IMG/VR virus record: IMGVR_UViG_2874945390_000011
From: a virus
Lineage: Duplodnaviria > Heunggongvirae > Uroviricota > Caudoviricetes
Length of the DNA stretch: 42,488 bases
Direction: 5' to 3' (one strand)
The notes under the pieces were generated by a model. That model did not search any database. It was given only the letters and a program-made list of their open reading frames with translations, and was not told the DNA's origin. The position numbers and the translations under genes were made by a program. This document shows positions 9,645-20,114 of this stretch, in pieces (position 1 is the first letter of the stretch; every line of letters starts with the position of its first letter).

Positions 9645-9752
9645 TCATATGCCTCCAGAAAGCAAAAAACCCACTCGAAGGCGGGTTTTATGTAGCTAGT
9701 TTTCTTTCCATGGTGATAGAAGCAATTACCGTGAAAAGTTAATTTAGCGAAC

Positions 9753-10094
9753 TCATTTCTTATTTTCAGATAGCACCAATCTACATTCTTCTTTTTTTAG
9801 AATCGTAAGAGATTGGCCACTATCGGAAAAAGAATAACCGCACTCGAAAGCGAGTTGACGCAGAGCTATTTCACCATAACTATCACCATGTTCTTTCATT
9901 AACTCATCACCAAAATCCGCCTCACGACCATTAGATACAGCGTCCATAGCCGCATTAGAAACAGCCCTATTTGTGCTCTCTCTCTTGATGATGTAGTTAT
10001 CAGCCAGTGAGGTGTGCAGTCCAAAAAAATCATTCAGCATTCCACCTACACAAATTGTTGGAGTCAACACTGCGAGAAGGAATATTTTCTTCAT
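9753..10094 (-). CDS. secreted hypothetical protein (moron inside baseplate module)
   Basis: 113-aa ORF with N-terminal signal-peptide-like segment MKKIFLLAVLTPTICVGG; AT-rich relative to flanking tail genes; own upstream intergenic region. Confidence 0.5.
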   Translation of the reverse strand: MKKIFLLAVLTPTICVGGMLNDFFGLHTSLADNYIIKRESTNRAVSNAAMDAVSNGREADFGDELMKEHGDSYGEIALRQLAFECGYSFSDSGQSLTILKKEECRLVLSENKK

Positions 10095-10129
10095 TACAAA
10101 TGTCTCTTATAGCTGATTTCTTAAAAAAA

Positions 10130-10372
10130 TTAATTACAGTACGTTGTGCCAGTATTGGTCGCCTGGCATTCACGATGTACTGCACTCCCATTAATCGTTC
10201 CTGTGGTATACGTAGTACCTGTATTGGTTGTATAATATTCTGTTTTAACTGTAGAACCACTACTGTCTGTACCAGTACAGTAAGTTGTTCCTGTATTTGA
10301 AGTGGTGCATGTTACCGCAGCCACAGAAGACAAAGTCACAAAATATACCAGTAATAAGATCCATTTAAGCAT
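10130..10372 (-). CDS. small secreted Thr/Gly-rich repeat protein (moron)
   Basis: Signal-peptide-like MLKWILLLVYFVTLSSVAA followed by about 60 aa with four Cys and repeated NTGTTY motifs; AT-rich; probable start at MLKW overlapping the hub gene stop. Confidence 0.5.
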   Translation of the reverse strand: MLKWILLLVYFVTLSSVAAVTCTTSNTGTTYCTGTDSSGSTVKTEYYTTNTGTTYTTGTINGSAVHRECQATNTGTTYCN

Positions 10373-11405
10373 TTGGTACCCCACTTATTTTCGCTATCGT
10401 ATCAGGAGTGAGTAAACTTTTACTCCCTTTAGCCAGGCAAAGCAGGTCCATATACCACGCCTGCCCTCGGGTGTCGCCAGTATAATCAATGCTGCCCACA
10501 ATGTAATCACCGTCAGTATTAATGCTGGCAGGCTGTGACATGCCTGGCAGACCGTTAACGTAGAGATTACCGTCGCTTTCAGACTCATCCAGTCGTGCTG
10601 GCGATTTCGCTACCTGGTCATTACTCAAAGAGGCACGGTATACAGATGCCTGATCCAGACGAATAAGCCCACCGAGCTTAATATTTGGATTAATCAGACA
10701 TCTGACATTTACGCCAGCTCCCATCGTCCGCTGTGGCATACTGATAAGCCCGGTGTTAGCATTCAACACCGTAGCAACACCAATATATTTATCTTCAGGA
10801 ACAATATTTACCAGATTATTTTCATACCACCAGTTAGCTTTACACTGCCCTGCGATATGATTCATCAACCTTGATGTGTTTTGATAAACAACGCGACCTC
10901 GGGGAAATACCGTTTCAGGCATGTCAGGAACTGCACCGGATTCGATGCCATATGGTTCGAATGATTTCATACCCAGACTGAAAAGATCGCTGTACTTCCA
11001 GCCAGCAGCCACTGTGGTTTTCACACTTGCGTTCAGGTGGCCTTCCCAGCTGTCAATACACTGCAACATGATCCAACTGTCTGTGGCATTATCTTTACCA
11101 GTGACAGTAAAACGGATATCTCCATTGAATATCATACCAACGTTTTCATCAGGATAATTACCTGCTGCATCCGGTTGCCCCTTGTATCCGGCAATAACCT
11201 GTATACGCGAAAACTCCTTCTGCATAATCCGGTTCTGAGTGGTAGGAGACAGGTTATAAACCTTAAAATTTCCAACAAATCCATTAAATATGGTCGCAGG
11301 CATTTTCTGAATATTGAAAGTGACTTTAAGCTCAGAAATTTTTATCCCGTCGCCCTTATCATCAACAAGCAATAATTCAAAGTGACGCATCCAGTTTTTC
11401 GACAT
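10365..11405 (-). CDS. baseplate hub-like protein
   Basis: 346-aa ORF between tape measure and spike genes in a Mu-like order; positional assignment. Confidence 0.45.
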   Translation of the reverse strand: MSKNWMRHFELLLVDDKGDGIKISELKVTFNIQKMPATIFNGFVGNFKVYNLSPTTQNRIMQKEFSRIQVIAGYKGQPDAAGNYPDENVGMIFNGDIRFTVTGKDNATDSWIMLQCIDSWEGHLNASVKTTVAAGWKYSDLFSLGMKSFEPYGIESGAVPDMPETVFPRGRVVYQNTSRLMNHIAGQCKANWWYENNLVNIVPEDKYIGVATVLNANTGLISMPQRTMGAGVNVRCLINPNIKLGGLIRLDQASVYRASLSNDQVAKSPARLDESESDGNLYVNGLPGMSQPASINTDGDYIVGSIDYTGDTRGQAWYMDLLCLAKGSKSLLTPDTIAKISGVPNA

Positions 11406-11407
11406 TG

Positions 11408-11710
11408 TTACTCCGTGAAAACATAGAGGTGTGAGAGCGTTCCAAGATCGAATTGCGTCGGATTCTCCTGCCCTGCCACGTCGCAGAGCACCACCAGAGA
11501 AAAACCCAGATCCATATATCGATACTGTGCCAGCAGGTCAGCCCCCGTAATCATCGGTATACCTGATATAATGGCGGAGCCATTGCTGTCAGCAAGATCC
11601 AGAACCCAGCACTCGCCTCGCCAGATGACAGACAGGTGATAAACCGAACCGTTAATTGTGGTGGCAAAAGTCTGATTGTCAGCAACCAGTGGGATTTCTA
11701 CGGCTTTCAT
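11408..11710 (-). CDS. hypothetical tail protein
   Basis: 100-aa ORF tightly packed between tail genes on the late strand. Confidence 0.4.
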   Translation of the reverse strand: MKAVEIPLVADNQTFATTINGSVYHLSVIWRGECWVLDLADSNGSAIISGIPMITGADLLAQYRYMDLGFSLVVLCDVAGQENPTQFDLGTLSHLYVFTE

Positions 11711-11713
11711 GAA

Positions 11714-12364
11714 TCACCTTCCCAGAAATAAATTGCTCAAATACCCATCAACAGTGGAGATACCTTCTTGCGCCATCTGTGGCAGCGATTTCAGAATGGA
11801 ATTATTCGGCGGCACCGTTGTTTTGGTGCCTGTATTCTGCACAGCAGACGTTCCGACTCCCTCGGTCATATTGTTTTTCGGGGCAACCCTGACTGACTGC
11901 GTGGAGGTAATAATTACTTCCCTGAGGGTAAGTGTCGCCAGAAGCACATTTTCACTACTCTTATCGGTCGTGACCTCCAGCGTTTTTATCAACATATTGT
12001 TGTAAATACGCTTGCCGGTTGTCACATCGAAAGGAATACGATTCCGCTGCAGGTTAAGCAGTTCCTGATACAGTTCTTTCGGGCTCAGCCCCAGTAAACT
12101 GGTAGCAGTCAGGTTACTGGCAAAATCAAGCAGCGATCTGCCTCCGGAAAAACCGGTTTCCATCACAACCTCAGAAGGGCGCCTGAATGCGTGTTCTGAT
12201 ATGTAACCAGCGCCCTCACCACTGGCACCAGCATTCGTGGGCTGTTCAACCGGATGTTCCGTAATTTCCAAGGCGTCAGTGTGCTTTTCGGTAATAACCA
12301 CATCAGGAATAATGATTCCTATTGAGCGGGTTCGCTGCTGCAGTAAAACAGATAAAAAGTCCAT
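11714..12364 (-). CDS. hypothetical tail protein downstream of tape measure
   Basis: 216-aa ORF whose start overlaps the tape measure stop; positional assignment. Confidence 0.4.
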   Translation of the reverse strand: MDFLSVLLQQRTRSIGIIIPDVVITEKHTDALEITEHPVEQPTNAGASGEGAGYISEHAFRRPSEVVMETGFSGGRSLLDFASNLTATSLLGLSPKELYQELLNLQRNRIPFDVTTGKRIYNNMLIKTLEVTTDKSSENVLLATLTLREVIITSTQSVRVAPKNNMTEGVGTSAVQNTGTKTTVPPNNSILKSLPQMAQEGISTVDGYLSNLFLGR

Positions 12365-14316
12365 TACGCAGGTCCTTTCAATTGCTGTACCGCCCTGGCA
12401 TTTACAGCCCCCTGCTTGTCAGCGATCAGATTAGCCGCCTCCTGAGGGTTGTTAACTCCATGAACATTTATAACAGTCTGCTGGTTAAGGTTGCCAGCGG
12501 CGGCCTGATACGCCAGCGGGCTGTTCCAGTTTGAATAACCTTCTTTGCGCGCCATCGACTGCATCAATGCTCCCATAGTCCGGGGATCTGTAAGATTCAA
12601 TATTGCATTCGGTGATACTCCCATCCATTTCGCAACATCCTGTGCATACTTTTTCGGATCGTTGTTATCACCTGCCGGGGCCCAGGTACTGACAATATCC
12701 TGAATAGTCTGTAATGCCCGTCCGGTTGTTTTCCCGGTAAAGTAACGCATGAGCTGGTTTTTCATCGCCTCCCAGCCCTCAAGAGCTGATTCGAAAAACC
12801 GGAACCCTTTACCGCTCACCGGGCGAATATTCCCTGGATTGTTATTCCGATCGGCTAAAGTACGCTTCGTAGACTGCGCATGTTGTTCCGGCTCAGCACC
12901 TGGAATATCTGACTGAATATTTGCGCCTTTTACGGTATGAGGATTACGACCAAAATCGGTATCAATGCCAAGCCAGCGCAATGAATCTCCAATATTTTGT
13001 TTCGTGTAATCCCAGGATGACTTCGCACTGGCACCAATATTTTCGCGATCAGAGTACAAATACGCAGCATAAGCCATCCAGCCTTTTAACCACGGCGGGA
13101 CCAGCAAACCTGATATTTTCCCGAAAGCCCCCAGAACCTTGGATACCCAGACACCCGCGATGAATGTACCGAGGATTTCCAGTGCATTTTGCCAGCCGCC
13201 AACACCATCTTTTAGTTCCAGAAGGTGATCACGAAGCCAGGTGATCGCATCCTTCGCTTTATCTATTGCTGGTTGCCATTTTTCCCAGTCGATAAGACTG
13301 TTACCGCCTTCTTTCCATGTTTTGTAGTCTTCCCACAAGAGACCGAGAGCCACGATCAGACCGGTAATCAGCCCTATAGGTGACATCCAGAAAGTAGAGT
13401 TAAGTATCCGCATGGCGACAACCAGACCGCCGATAACCTCTATCAGGGTTTTTGTTTCGGCATCCAGTTTCCCCCACCACTCGATGATATCTCCGACACC
13501 ATCGACTATCCGGAATGCACCCCGCCCGACTATCTCACCCAGCCAGAGGATCCCCTTTATGACCTTTGTGATGGTGACTTCAATTTTGGGAAAATTTTCA
13601 ATTATCTTTTTGCGCAGGTTATCAATCTGCCCCGCCAGTCCGTCCGCAAGATTCGATCCGATTTTGTCCCGCGCCATCCCGGCCATTTCACCGAGCGATT
13701 TCAGCGAGGTCATAAACCGGTTTGACGATAAGGCAGCCTGATCGGCATTAAATCCGATCGCTTTCACCATTTCTGAATACTGAGCGCTGAACTGCCCCAC
13801 TCCGCGACGCATAGCCATAAGGGTATTTTCGTCAATGCCCAGCATCTGCGCATACTGGTTAGCCCGGTAATACGGCATACCGCTGAGCTTCTGGCCTACA
13901 CCAGTAAAAATAGCGGCCATGTCACGCATGTTACTGCTGGCATCACGGGTCTGTACGCCCAGGCGATTCAGAAAGCCTTCTGCACCGGGATTGTTACGAA
14001 TAAACCGGGAGAGGCTTTCCAGAGAAGATCGCGCAGCGTCCACGCTGCCGCCAACCTGCGAAACCGCATAGCCAATAGACTGAATTCCCTGGACTGTCGC
14101 GCCGGTGCGCTGTGACGCCCAGTAAAGATTATCCAGACCGGAGGCGATCTTAGCCGTGAAGGCCACCACGGACAGCGCAGCTCCTTCAACAGCCAGCCCC
14201 ATTTTGATGACATTTGCAGTTGTACCGGCGAGGACAGAACCGAACTTTTTCGCTCCTGCATCATCCACACTGAAGCCAAGCGAGACGAGGAAATCTTTAA
14301 TAGTCTCGGCGTTCAT
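12364..14316 (-). CDS. tail tape measure protein
   Basis: 650-aa ORF with Ala/Gly-rich helical N-terminal half and hydrophobic middle segments; follows the tail assembly chaperone. Confidence 0.8.
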   Translation of the reverse strand: MNAETIKDFLVSLGFSVDDAGAKKFGSVLAGTTANVIKMGLAVEGAALSVVAFTAKIASGLDNLYWASQRTGATVQGIQSIGYAVSQVGGSVDAARSSLESLSRFIRNNPGAEGFLNRLGVQTRDASSNMRDMAAIFTGVGQKLSGMPYYRANQYAQMLGIDENTLMAMRRGVGQFSAQYSEMVKAIGFNADQAALSSNRFMTSLKSLGEMAGMARDKIGSNLADGLAGQIDNLRKKIIENFPKIEVTITKVIKGILWLGEIVGRGAFRIVDGVGDIIEWWGKLDAETKTLIEVIGGLVVAMRILNSTFWMSPIGLITGLIVALGLLWEDYKTWKEGGNSLIDWEKWQPAIDKAKDAITWLRDHLLELKDGVGGWQNALEILGTFIAGVWVSKVLGAFGKISGLLVPPWLKGWMAYAAYLYSDRENIGASAKSSWDYTKQNIGDSLRWLGIDTDFGRNPHTVKGANIQSDIPGAEPEQHAQSTKRTLADRNNNPGNIRPVSGKGFRFFESALEGWEAMKNQLMRYFTGKTTGRALQTIQDIVSTWAPAGDNNDPKKYAQDVAKWMGVSPNAILNLTDPRTMGALMQSMARKEGYSNWNSPLAYQAAAGNLNQQTVINVHGVNNPQEAANLIADKQGAVNARAVQQLKGPA

Positions 14317-14546
14317 TATCCTCTCTCCATTTTTCTACCCGGACATCGTTGTCCTCGCACATATCAAGGTAGTCATTAAGAAGCGCGATGCGACAGAGAT
14401 CTACCGCACCACTGTTAAGATCTTTCTGGTCAATATGGAAGGCAAGCGCCGGACGAAGAATAAAATCTTCACCACCCGGCAGGCTATTGAAGGTTATTCC
14501 GCTGGCGGGATGGGCGTCTCTTTGGTAGGGTGTCCTTGCAAAAAAT
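14297..14546 (-). other. predicted -1 frameshift extension of the tail assembly chaperone (G-T-like product)
   Basis: Slippery heptamer A AAT TTT in the zero frame at plus 14542..14548; the -1 frame stays open for about 80 codons and stops 2 codons after the tape measure ATG. Confidence 0.45.
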
Positions 14547-14946
14547 TTCCTAGCGAATCGGCGACCACCCGCGCCACCAGCTGCAGCATGACCAGCAGGT
14601 CAATATCATCAAACATCAGTTCGCCCTGGGTAAATACCGGCACCCATCCGTCCATATGACGCCGCGACACCACCGCAAGACAGGGATGAATAATTGCACT
14701 GGTGTCATCTTCGGTCAGGGAAGACAGTTCCTCAGCGATACGCGGGAGCATGGTTTCAAACACCGGTTTTAACTGCTCGAATTTCACGGTGTCTATTTTG
14801 CCGTCAGCAGGCAAACGGGAGCGAATGCTCCCGAAATCTGACATCATTCCTGCCAGCACCGGCAGAAGTTTGCGGGTCACTTTCAGCTGGTCAAAAACGC
14901 TGAGTTTTGCCGCGCGATATTTCACGCCTTTGATTTCGAATTCCAT
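14494..14946 (-). CDS. tail assembly chaperone
   Basis: 150-aa acidic ORF directly upstream of the tape measure gene; canonical position of a lambda gpG-type chaperone. Confidence 0.6.
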   Translation of the reverse strand: MEFEIKGVKYRAAKLSVFDQLKVTRKLLPVLAGMMSDFGSIRSRLPADGKIDTVKFEQLKPVFETMLPRIAEELSSLTEDDTSAIIHPCLAVVSRRHMDGWVPVFTQGELMFDDIDLLVMLQLVARVVADSLGNFLQGHPTKETPIPPAE

Positions 14947-14967
14947 GTATTAAAACTCCCCGAGAAC

Positions 14968-15390
14968 CTAGTCAATCTTGCCGCAGTCAAGCACCCACGG
15001 CATCGTATTACCGGTTTTAGCGTTGGCGTTATCCGGTTGTTTCTGGAACGCAACACTGCGTGCCGTGATGATGTCGCCGCTGACCTTGTTTCGGATCACA
15101 ATAACGTTATTCCCCCATGTGGCAGAAGACTGGCTCTGTGCGTTATACGCCAGCGACAATTTTTTATTTGTCGGTGATGTCTTCAGAAGGTTAACGGTAA
15201 TCGTCCCGCTTTTATCTGCATGGAGACTGTGCATCACTTCGCCATCAGCACCGATGGTCATGGTGTTTTTAGGACCGCCCATCGCAACCACAATCCCCTC
15301 TTCAGAACTTGCCGAACCGTACCCGAGGTCAATCGAACCGGTCGGCCCGGTCAGCGTCGCAGTGACATCCATAAAAGAATAGGTAGACAT
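14968..15390 (-). CDS. tail tube protein
   Basis: 140-aa ORF between sheath and chaperone genes; positional assignment. Confidence 0.55.
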   Translation of the reverse strand: MSTYSFMDVTATLTGPTGSIDLGYGSASSEEGIVVAMGGPKNTMTIGADGEVMHSLHADKSGTITVNLLKTSPTNKKLSLAYNAQSQSSATWGNNVIVIRNKVSGDIITARSVAFQKQPDNANAKTGNTMPWVLDCGKID

Positions 15391-15400
15391 TCACTTCCCC

Positions 15401-16546
15401 TTAGCGAACAACGTTAATCTGTACGTCAGCGTAATGAACCGCGCCTGCAAGTTTTATTGCAGCCTGAATCACCGGAGCCTTACGGGCTTCACGTTCTGAT
15501 TGTGCCTGTTCATCCAGCGGCTGGGCGTATACGTAATAACCTTTGGGCAGCGTGTCACCTGATGACAACTGACCAAGGTCGCCACCGTTCCATACGCCCG
15601 GAGCAATCAGTCCATTCTGAACGGCCTGATCCAGTGATTTTTCAACACTTGATAACAGTCGGGTAATACCGGCTTCACTCTGGGGTACTTTCGTGGTGCT
15701 GGTATAAAGCAGGTTATAGAGGTTGGTCTGCACATAATTCTGTAACCAGTCCAGGCCGTGGCGTTCATCAAAGAAATCGCCGTTAGCCATCACTCCCTGC
15801 TGGAGGATAGCCGTATCATTCTGGTAGTACACGAATACATTGCAGTTTTTTGCATCAAGTGCCGATGCCTGGCTGACTGTCAGTGTTTCATACCCGACAC
15901 CCGGCTCCTGCTTAAACTTGAGCGTAATCGCGGTATTACTGCCATTGAAATTAACCGTGAATGCCCGGCCAAATGCAGATAACGCAGCGTATTTATTACC
16001 CGATGAATACTGAATAAAACTGCGTGAATATCCGGCGTTTTTCAGTTTTGATGCCAAATCATCGCTGGATGCAGTCTGCAGGCATTTCTCATCGCTTGTC
16101 GTAATCGCCAGAATACGGCTTACAGAAGAGGATTCGATCGCCGCAGCCACTTTCAGCCAGTCTGCATCCGGAATATCTGCATCGTCTGCAATCCCCAGCC
16201 CATACCATGAAGTATAATCAAGCATGGCATTCACAGCCTGCTCCAGCGTCTCAGGCGTGGCCTGTTCGCTGTCTCCCTTCGTTTTCACCCAACGACCAAC
16301 AAAAACCTCCTGAGGTTTCGGTGATTGTGAGAAAAACACCTGCGCAGCCTTATATTCTGGTGATTCCACGCCAAAATCTTTTCCAATATCTTCCGCAGCA
16401 GAATAACGGCGAATGCGCTCACTTACCGGAATGATTGTGGACGGGCCGAGAATGAGTAATGCACCAAAATTTCGCCCTGATGCTGCACGCGGCGACATGA
16501 TCACATCAACATTAACAACGTTTGATACAGGCAAGCCCTGTGCCAT
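15401..16546 (-). CDS. tail sheath protein
   Basis: 381-aa ORF preceding tube, chaperone and tape measure; contractile tail inferred from the J/V/W-like baseplate set. Confidence 0.6.
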   Translation of the reverse strand: MAQGLPVSNVVNVDVIMSPRAASGRNFGALLILGPSTIIPVSERIRRYSAAEDIGKDFGVESPEYKAAQVFFSQSPKPQEVFVGRWVKTKGDSEQATPETLEQAVNAMLDYTSWYGLGIADDADIPDADWLKVAAAIESSSVSRILAITTSDEKCLQTASSDDLASKLKNAGYSRSFIQYSSGNKYAALSAFGRAFTVNFNGSNTAITLKFKQEPGVGYETLTVSQASALDAKNCNVFVYYQNDTAILQQGVMANGDFFDERHGLDWLQNYVQTNLYNLLYTSTTKVPQSEAGITRLLSSVEKSLDQAVQNGLIAPGVWNGGDLGQLSSGDTLPKGYYVYAQPLDEQAQSEREARKAPVIQAAIKLAGAVHYADVQINVVR

Positions 16547-16549
16547 AGC

Positions 16550-17158
16550 TTAATCTCCGAAAAAGATGACTGGTGCTTCCACCAGCGATTTAATACCGTA
16601 CTCGCGCACAACCTTCCGGCGCAGACGCACCGTCATATCGTAGCGGCGGACCCATTGCTGATTAATAAGTTCAGGGAAGGGAGTCAGACCTGTGTAATCG
16701 CCAAGAGACAGCCCCAGCGCATTCAGTGCTGCATTGTTCTGCGGTACAGATATACCGTCACGAAACCGGGACGCATACACCATCCCCGCCGGACCATAAA
16801 ACGAAGCCATACACTCAATCGTTTCATGCCGCCAGAGCTGAGAGCCATCATCGGTCTGTCTGGTGAATGCCGGACTGTCATCACCTGACCATCCGATAAC
16901 CCCAAACGCACACCAGCTCGTTTCAGCCGGTAGCAGTGGCGGCTGCTCTTTCTGCCAGCGCGGACGAACCATCCCGGCAGACAGACCGGAAACGTTACGC
17001 ATCCACTGGCTTAACAGCCTGTCGAGCGCTTCGTCATAATCCGGATCGCCACTGGTTGGTATCAGCCATCCGCGCTCTGTGCTGGTGTTATTGCTCAACC
17101 GGAATTCCCCCATCAAACGGCAGCAACTCACAATGCGCCTGAACGAATCCGGCACCAT
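16550..17158 (-). CDS. hypothetical structural protein (neck / tail completion region)
   Basis: ORF in the head-tail joining region; real start probably internal (MGEFRLSNN). Confidence 0.4.
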   Translation of the reverse strand: MVPDSFRRIVSCCRLMGEFRLSNNTSTERGWLIPTSGDPDYDEALDRLLSQWMRNVSGLSAGMVRPRWQKEQPPLLPAETSWCAFGVIGWSGDDSPAFTRQTDDGSQLWRHETIECMASFYGPAGMVYASRFRDGISVPQNNAALNALGLSLGDYTGLTPFPELINQQWVRRYDMTVRLRRKVVREYGIKSLVEAPVIFFGD

Positions 17159-17477
17159 ACGCTGTATACGGGTCGACGAAAGTCACACGATAATCACGGC
17201 CCTGATACGTCACGATATCGGCATCACGGCCAGTCTGTCCCTGCGTCAGTCGCTCAGTCGTCACAATCAGAATTGCACCACTGATTACCTGCCCGGCCTG
17301 CATACGACGGTTTTCCAGAGAGCTATCAACAGTAACGACTCCGGCAAACTGCTTTTTAACTTCGCTGTCGCTGCCGATCACATCCTCATCCACCGTTTGC
17401 ACACGGCGTGTTACCCACAAATTGAAGTCGCAAAAATCGGGGTCAAAAAGCACATCTGTTACATCAAGAGTCGGCAT
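17088..17477 (-). CDS. hypothetical structural protein
   Basis: 129-aa ORF in head-tail joining region, co-oriented and tightly packed. Confidence 0.4.
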   Translation of the reverse strand: MPTLDVTDVLFDPDFCDFNLWVTRRVQTVDEDVIGSDSEVKKQFAGVVTVDSSLENRRMQAGQVISGAILIVTTERLTQGQTGRDADIVTYQGRDYRVTFVDPYTAYGAGFVQAHCELLPFDGGIPVEQ

Positions 17478-18018
17478 CTTTATCCCTCACAACATGGGTA
17501 ATCGCTCTGCGATATTGCCCGGTGTCAATTAATGGTTTCGCCAGTTCGGTTCCCGGAGATTCGCCAGCAGCACGCCGGGCAAGTTCCAGTGTTGCCCCCT
17601 TGCGCCCCCGACGAGCCCGGGCTTCAACAGTACTGTCAGCAAGCAGCGTAAAGCCGGTAATGGTCATGTAACGCCTGACGCCATTAGCGGCCAGTGTTCC
17701 GGCACGGTTGAGTGCGCTTTCTGCTCCCGCAGCATTACCATCAAGTGCAGCCTGCGCCGCGGCTTTGAGCTGCGGCACCGTCTGCTCTTCTGCCGATTTA
17801 ACGCCGGGGACCAGGTGAGGTCGTGGCGGGATGTTCTGCTCTGGTGAGCCGTATTCGTTGAGGTAACCGATGCCCGCATTACCAAACGGAACATCATCCC
17901 GCTCGCTGTCTTCCGAAGGGATGCCGACCAGCACATCTTTTTTGGTTAACGACCTGAGCGCATCCAGAATGGCCTTAGCGTTATCCACCCTCGTTGTTAC
18001 ACCGCTTTTGAAACTCAT
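17464..18018 (-). CDS. hypothetical structural protein
   Basis: 184-aa ORF; 4-nt start/stop overlap with the upstream gene. Confidence 0.4.
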   Translation of the reverse strand: MSFKSGVTTRVDNAKAILDALRSLTKKDVLVGIPSEDSERDDVPFGNAGIGYLNEYGSPEQNIPPRPHLVPGVKSAEEQTVPQLKAAAQAALDGNAAGAESALNRAGTLAANGVRRYMTITGFTLLADSTVEARARRGRKGATLELARRAAGESPGTELAKPLIDTGQYRRAITHVVRDKDADS

Positions 18019-18422
18019 AGCTGGCGACCGCCTGCACCGAACATCGTGATCAACTGATAAAATTCAGCGCCATATCGGGTGTTATTCCAGAAACCTGCAT
18101 CAGGATTCAGCGTCGCGCTGGTGTCATAGCTGACGCTTACCTTGTCAACGGACTTTGAGGACTGAACACCATTGGTTGAACCGCCCGGACCACCAGCCAG
18201 CATCGCTCTGCTGTCTGCCGCCCAGAGCGTCATGTAGTGCGCAACGAACAATCCGGCAAAGTACGGAAACAACTTTTTGCCGGTGACGTTTTCGGTCAGC
18301 AGTTCATCGGCCAGATTCAGACGAAACTGGATTTGCGCTTCGGGATATTTGGCAGGGTCAGCAAACTGCGGGAACTCGCGGCGAAAATCACTTACCGCTG
18401 GCAGACTTTGATTCTTTGGCAT
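18015..18422 (-). CDS. hypothetical head-tail connector region protein
   Basis: 135-aa ORF following the capsid genes. Confidence 0.4.
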   Translation of the reverse strand: MPKNQSLPAVSDFRREFPQFADPAKYPEAQIQFRLNLADELLTENVTGKKLFPYFAGLFVAHYMTLWAADSRAMLAGGPGGSTNGVQSSKSVDKVSVSYDTSATLNPDAGFWNNTRYGAEFYQLITMFGAGGRQL

Positions 18423-18609
18423 TTTTTACCTCGTTACGCGCGTCTGTGGCTTTGCCAACGGATACTTCCGCGTGCGCACGAGTGAACCAGTGCGTGGCAA
18501 CGTCTTCCTCCACAACATGACGGCCTTTAACAAACTCGCGCCGAGAACCGTCGGGAAGCGTGAGCACAAACGGGGTATGTACGTGTATTACTGCATCATT
18601 TTTTGCCAT
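18388..18609 (-). CDS. small hypothetical protein after major capsid gene
   Basis: 73-aa ORF 40 nt downstream of the capsid gene on the same strand. Confidence 0.35.
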   Translation of the reverse strand: MAKNDAVIHVHTPFVLTLPDGSRREFVKGRHVVEEDVATHWFTRAHAEVSVGKATDARNEVKNAKESKSASGK

Positions 18610-18650
18610 CGGGTCATCCTTAATGGCCCCGCCAGGGGGCCATGTGGCTG

Positions 18651-19592
18651 TTAAATGCCATCAACGTACGAAATGGTTTCTTTGTACACTGGCTCGACTG
18701 CACCCAGCTTGCCGTAGTAAGTGACGATCTGATACAGACCGCGATACTGCACCGGCACGCTCTGAAGCGGAACCAGCGGGTAGCGGACGTATTTTTTATC
18801 GTTGGTGTACGCAACCATGCGATCCTTATTCCCCACACCACGGCCTTTCAGCCATTTAACCGCGCGGATATTCAGCGGAACACCGTTCTGGTGATAGCTG
18901 ATGGTGTTGGTCTGAAGGTACGTCAACAGGGACTGGTTACCTGCAGATGAAACGATGATGCTGGACAACAGAGCAAACTGCTCAGGCGGGATCAGCAAAT
19001 CACGCGGAACCACAGAGTAACCAGAAGCGGCCCACGCATCAGACAGCACCTGGTTAATGCTTGCGCGGATTTCGTCCGGTGTTGAGGTTGCCCACGTTTT
19101 GGCAGCGTTGTTGACAGGCACGCCGTCCAGGGTAACAAGGCCTTTCAGGTTTAATGCGGAATCGCCAACATATACCTGTTCATCGTTATCCATCTGCCAT
19201 TTCAGTTGCATACCGTCATACTTCTGCGTATCAATCGGGCGGCCGACCTACTGAGCAGCCTGCAATTCTATGACCGTCCAGCCAAGTTCCATCCCCCACA
19301 GGTTCAGCGGATTACCGGATTTGCCGATATCCACGTTCACGCCAGCAATAGCGGTTGAGTCTTTGCCTACCCAGTTTTTTCCATTCGGATTTGCGCCAGT
19401 ACCCGCAGCGGCGAAGCTGGTATTCGTCCAGCTGGAAATGTCATCTGCGATGGAGACGTCTTCACGCAGTTGAATATCGCGGCTCCAGGTGTACCCCACC
19501 AGTGGCAGGTTCAGCGTCTGGTCGAGTCGCTCCAGCTCCCCGATGAGAAAGGCACCAGAGCTGTCAACGGTTGCCTGATCAAAAGTAATCAT
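18651..19592 (-). pseudogene. major capsid protein interrupted by an in-frame amber codon
   Basis: ORFs 19248..19592 and 18651..19211 are in the same frame, separated only by TAG at 19248..19250; read-through gives one continuous protein of about 314 aa in the capsid position. Confidence 0.6.
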
Positions 19593-19603
19593 TCGTCTGT
19601 TCC

Positions 19604-20111
19604 TTAAATCTTCCAGGAAATTTCTGCATTGCCGTCAGCATCACCGGCACCTGTGAATTCAGCGTTGGTCAGCACCACGTTTTTGCCACTGACTGACGTG
19701 GACATGAATCCACCCAGCGGCACTTTGATGGATTCATCAGTGGATGACGACAACGTATACCGGATCGCCTTTTTTGATAGTGCTGGCATCAAAATCAGAA
19801 CCGAGATTAACGGTCACGTAGCCACGCTTCATGGCGTCGCCCGGGAAGTTCTTGCCTGTTCCCACCTGGCGAACCATGTCCGGCTGCGACGTGGTCGGAT
19901 AAGGGCGCACGTAGATCCCCTTCACCTTGTCTGCGGTATCACCATCTGCCAGCGGCACGAAAAAACCGTCATCATCGTATTTACCAGCCAGGCCATAGGC
20001 AGCGAAGGCGTTATCGGATTTAAGGACCACCGGTTCGACGGTTAAGTCCTGCGGGCGAGAGACAGCCCCGGCAATGCCAACAGGCATCCGGTACAGAAAT
20101 ACATTATTCAT
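19604..20111 (-). pseudogene. small head protein, apparently frameshifted
   Basis: ORFs 19737..20111 and 19604..19792 overlap in different frames and together fill the gap between scaffold and capsid genes. Confidence 0.4.
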
Positions 20112-20114
20112 TTT

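Noticed and set aside
9661-9690. Hairpin between the 113-aa insert gene and the spike gene as a feature-level terminator
   Set aside because: Stem is mostly A-U (aaaaccc/gggtttt) with a 10-nt loop and short T-run; too weak to call, mentioned only in the finding.
12921-14659. Plus-strand ORFs antisense to the tape measure and chaperone genes (12921..13163, 13412..13741, 14156..14659)
   Set aside because: Entirely contained within strongly supported minus-strand genes; Ser/Pro/Arg-rich translations typical of antisense frames.
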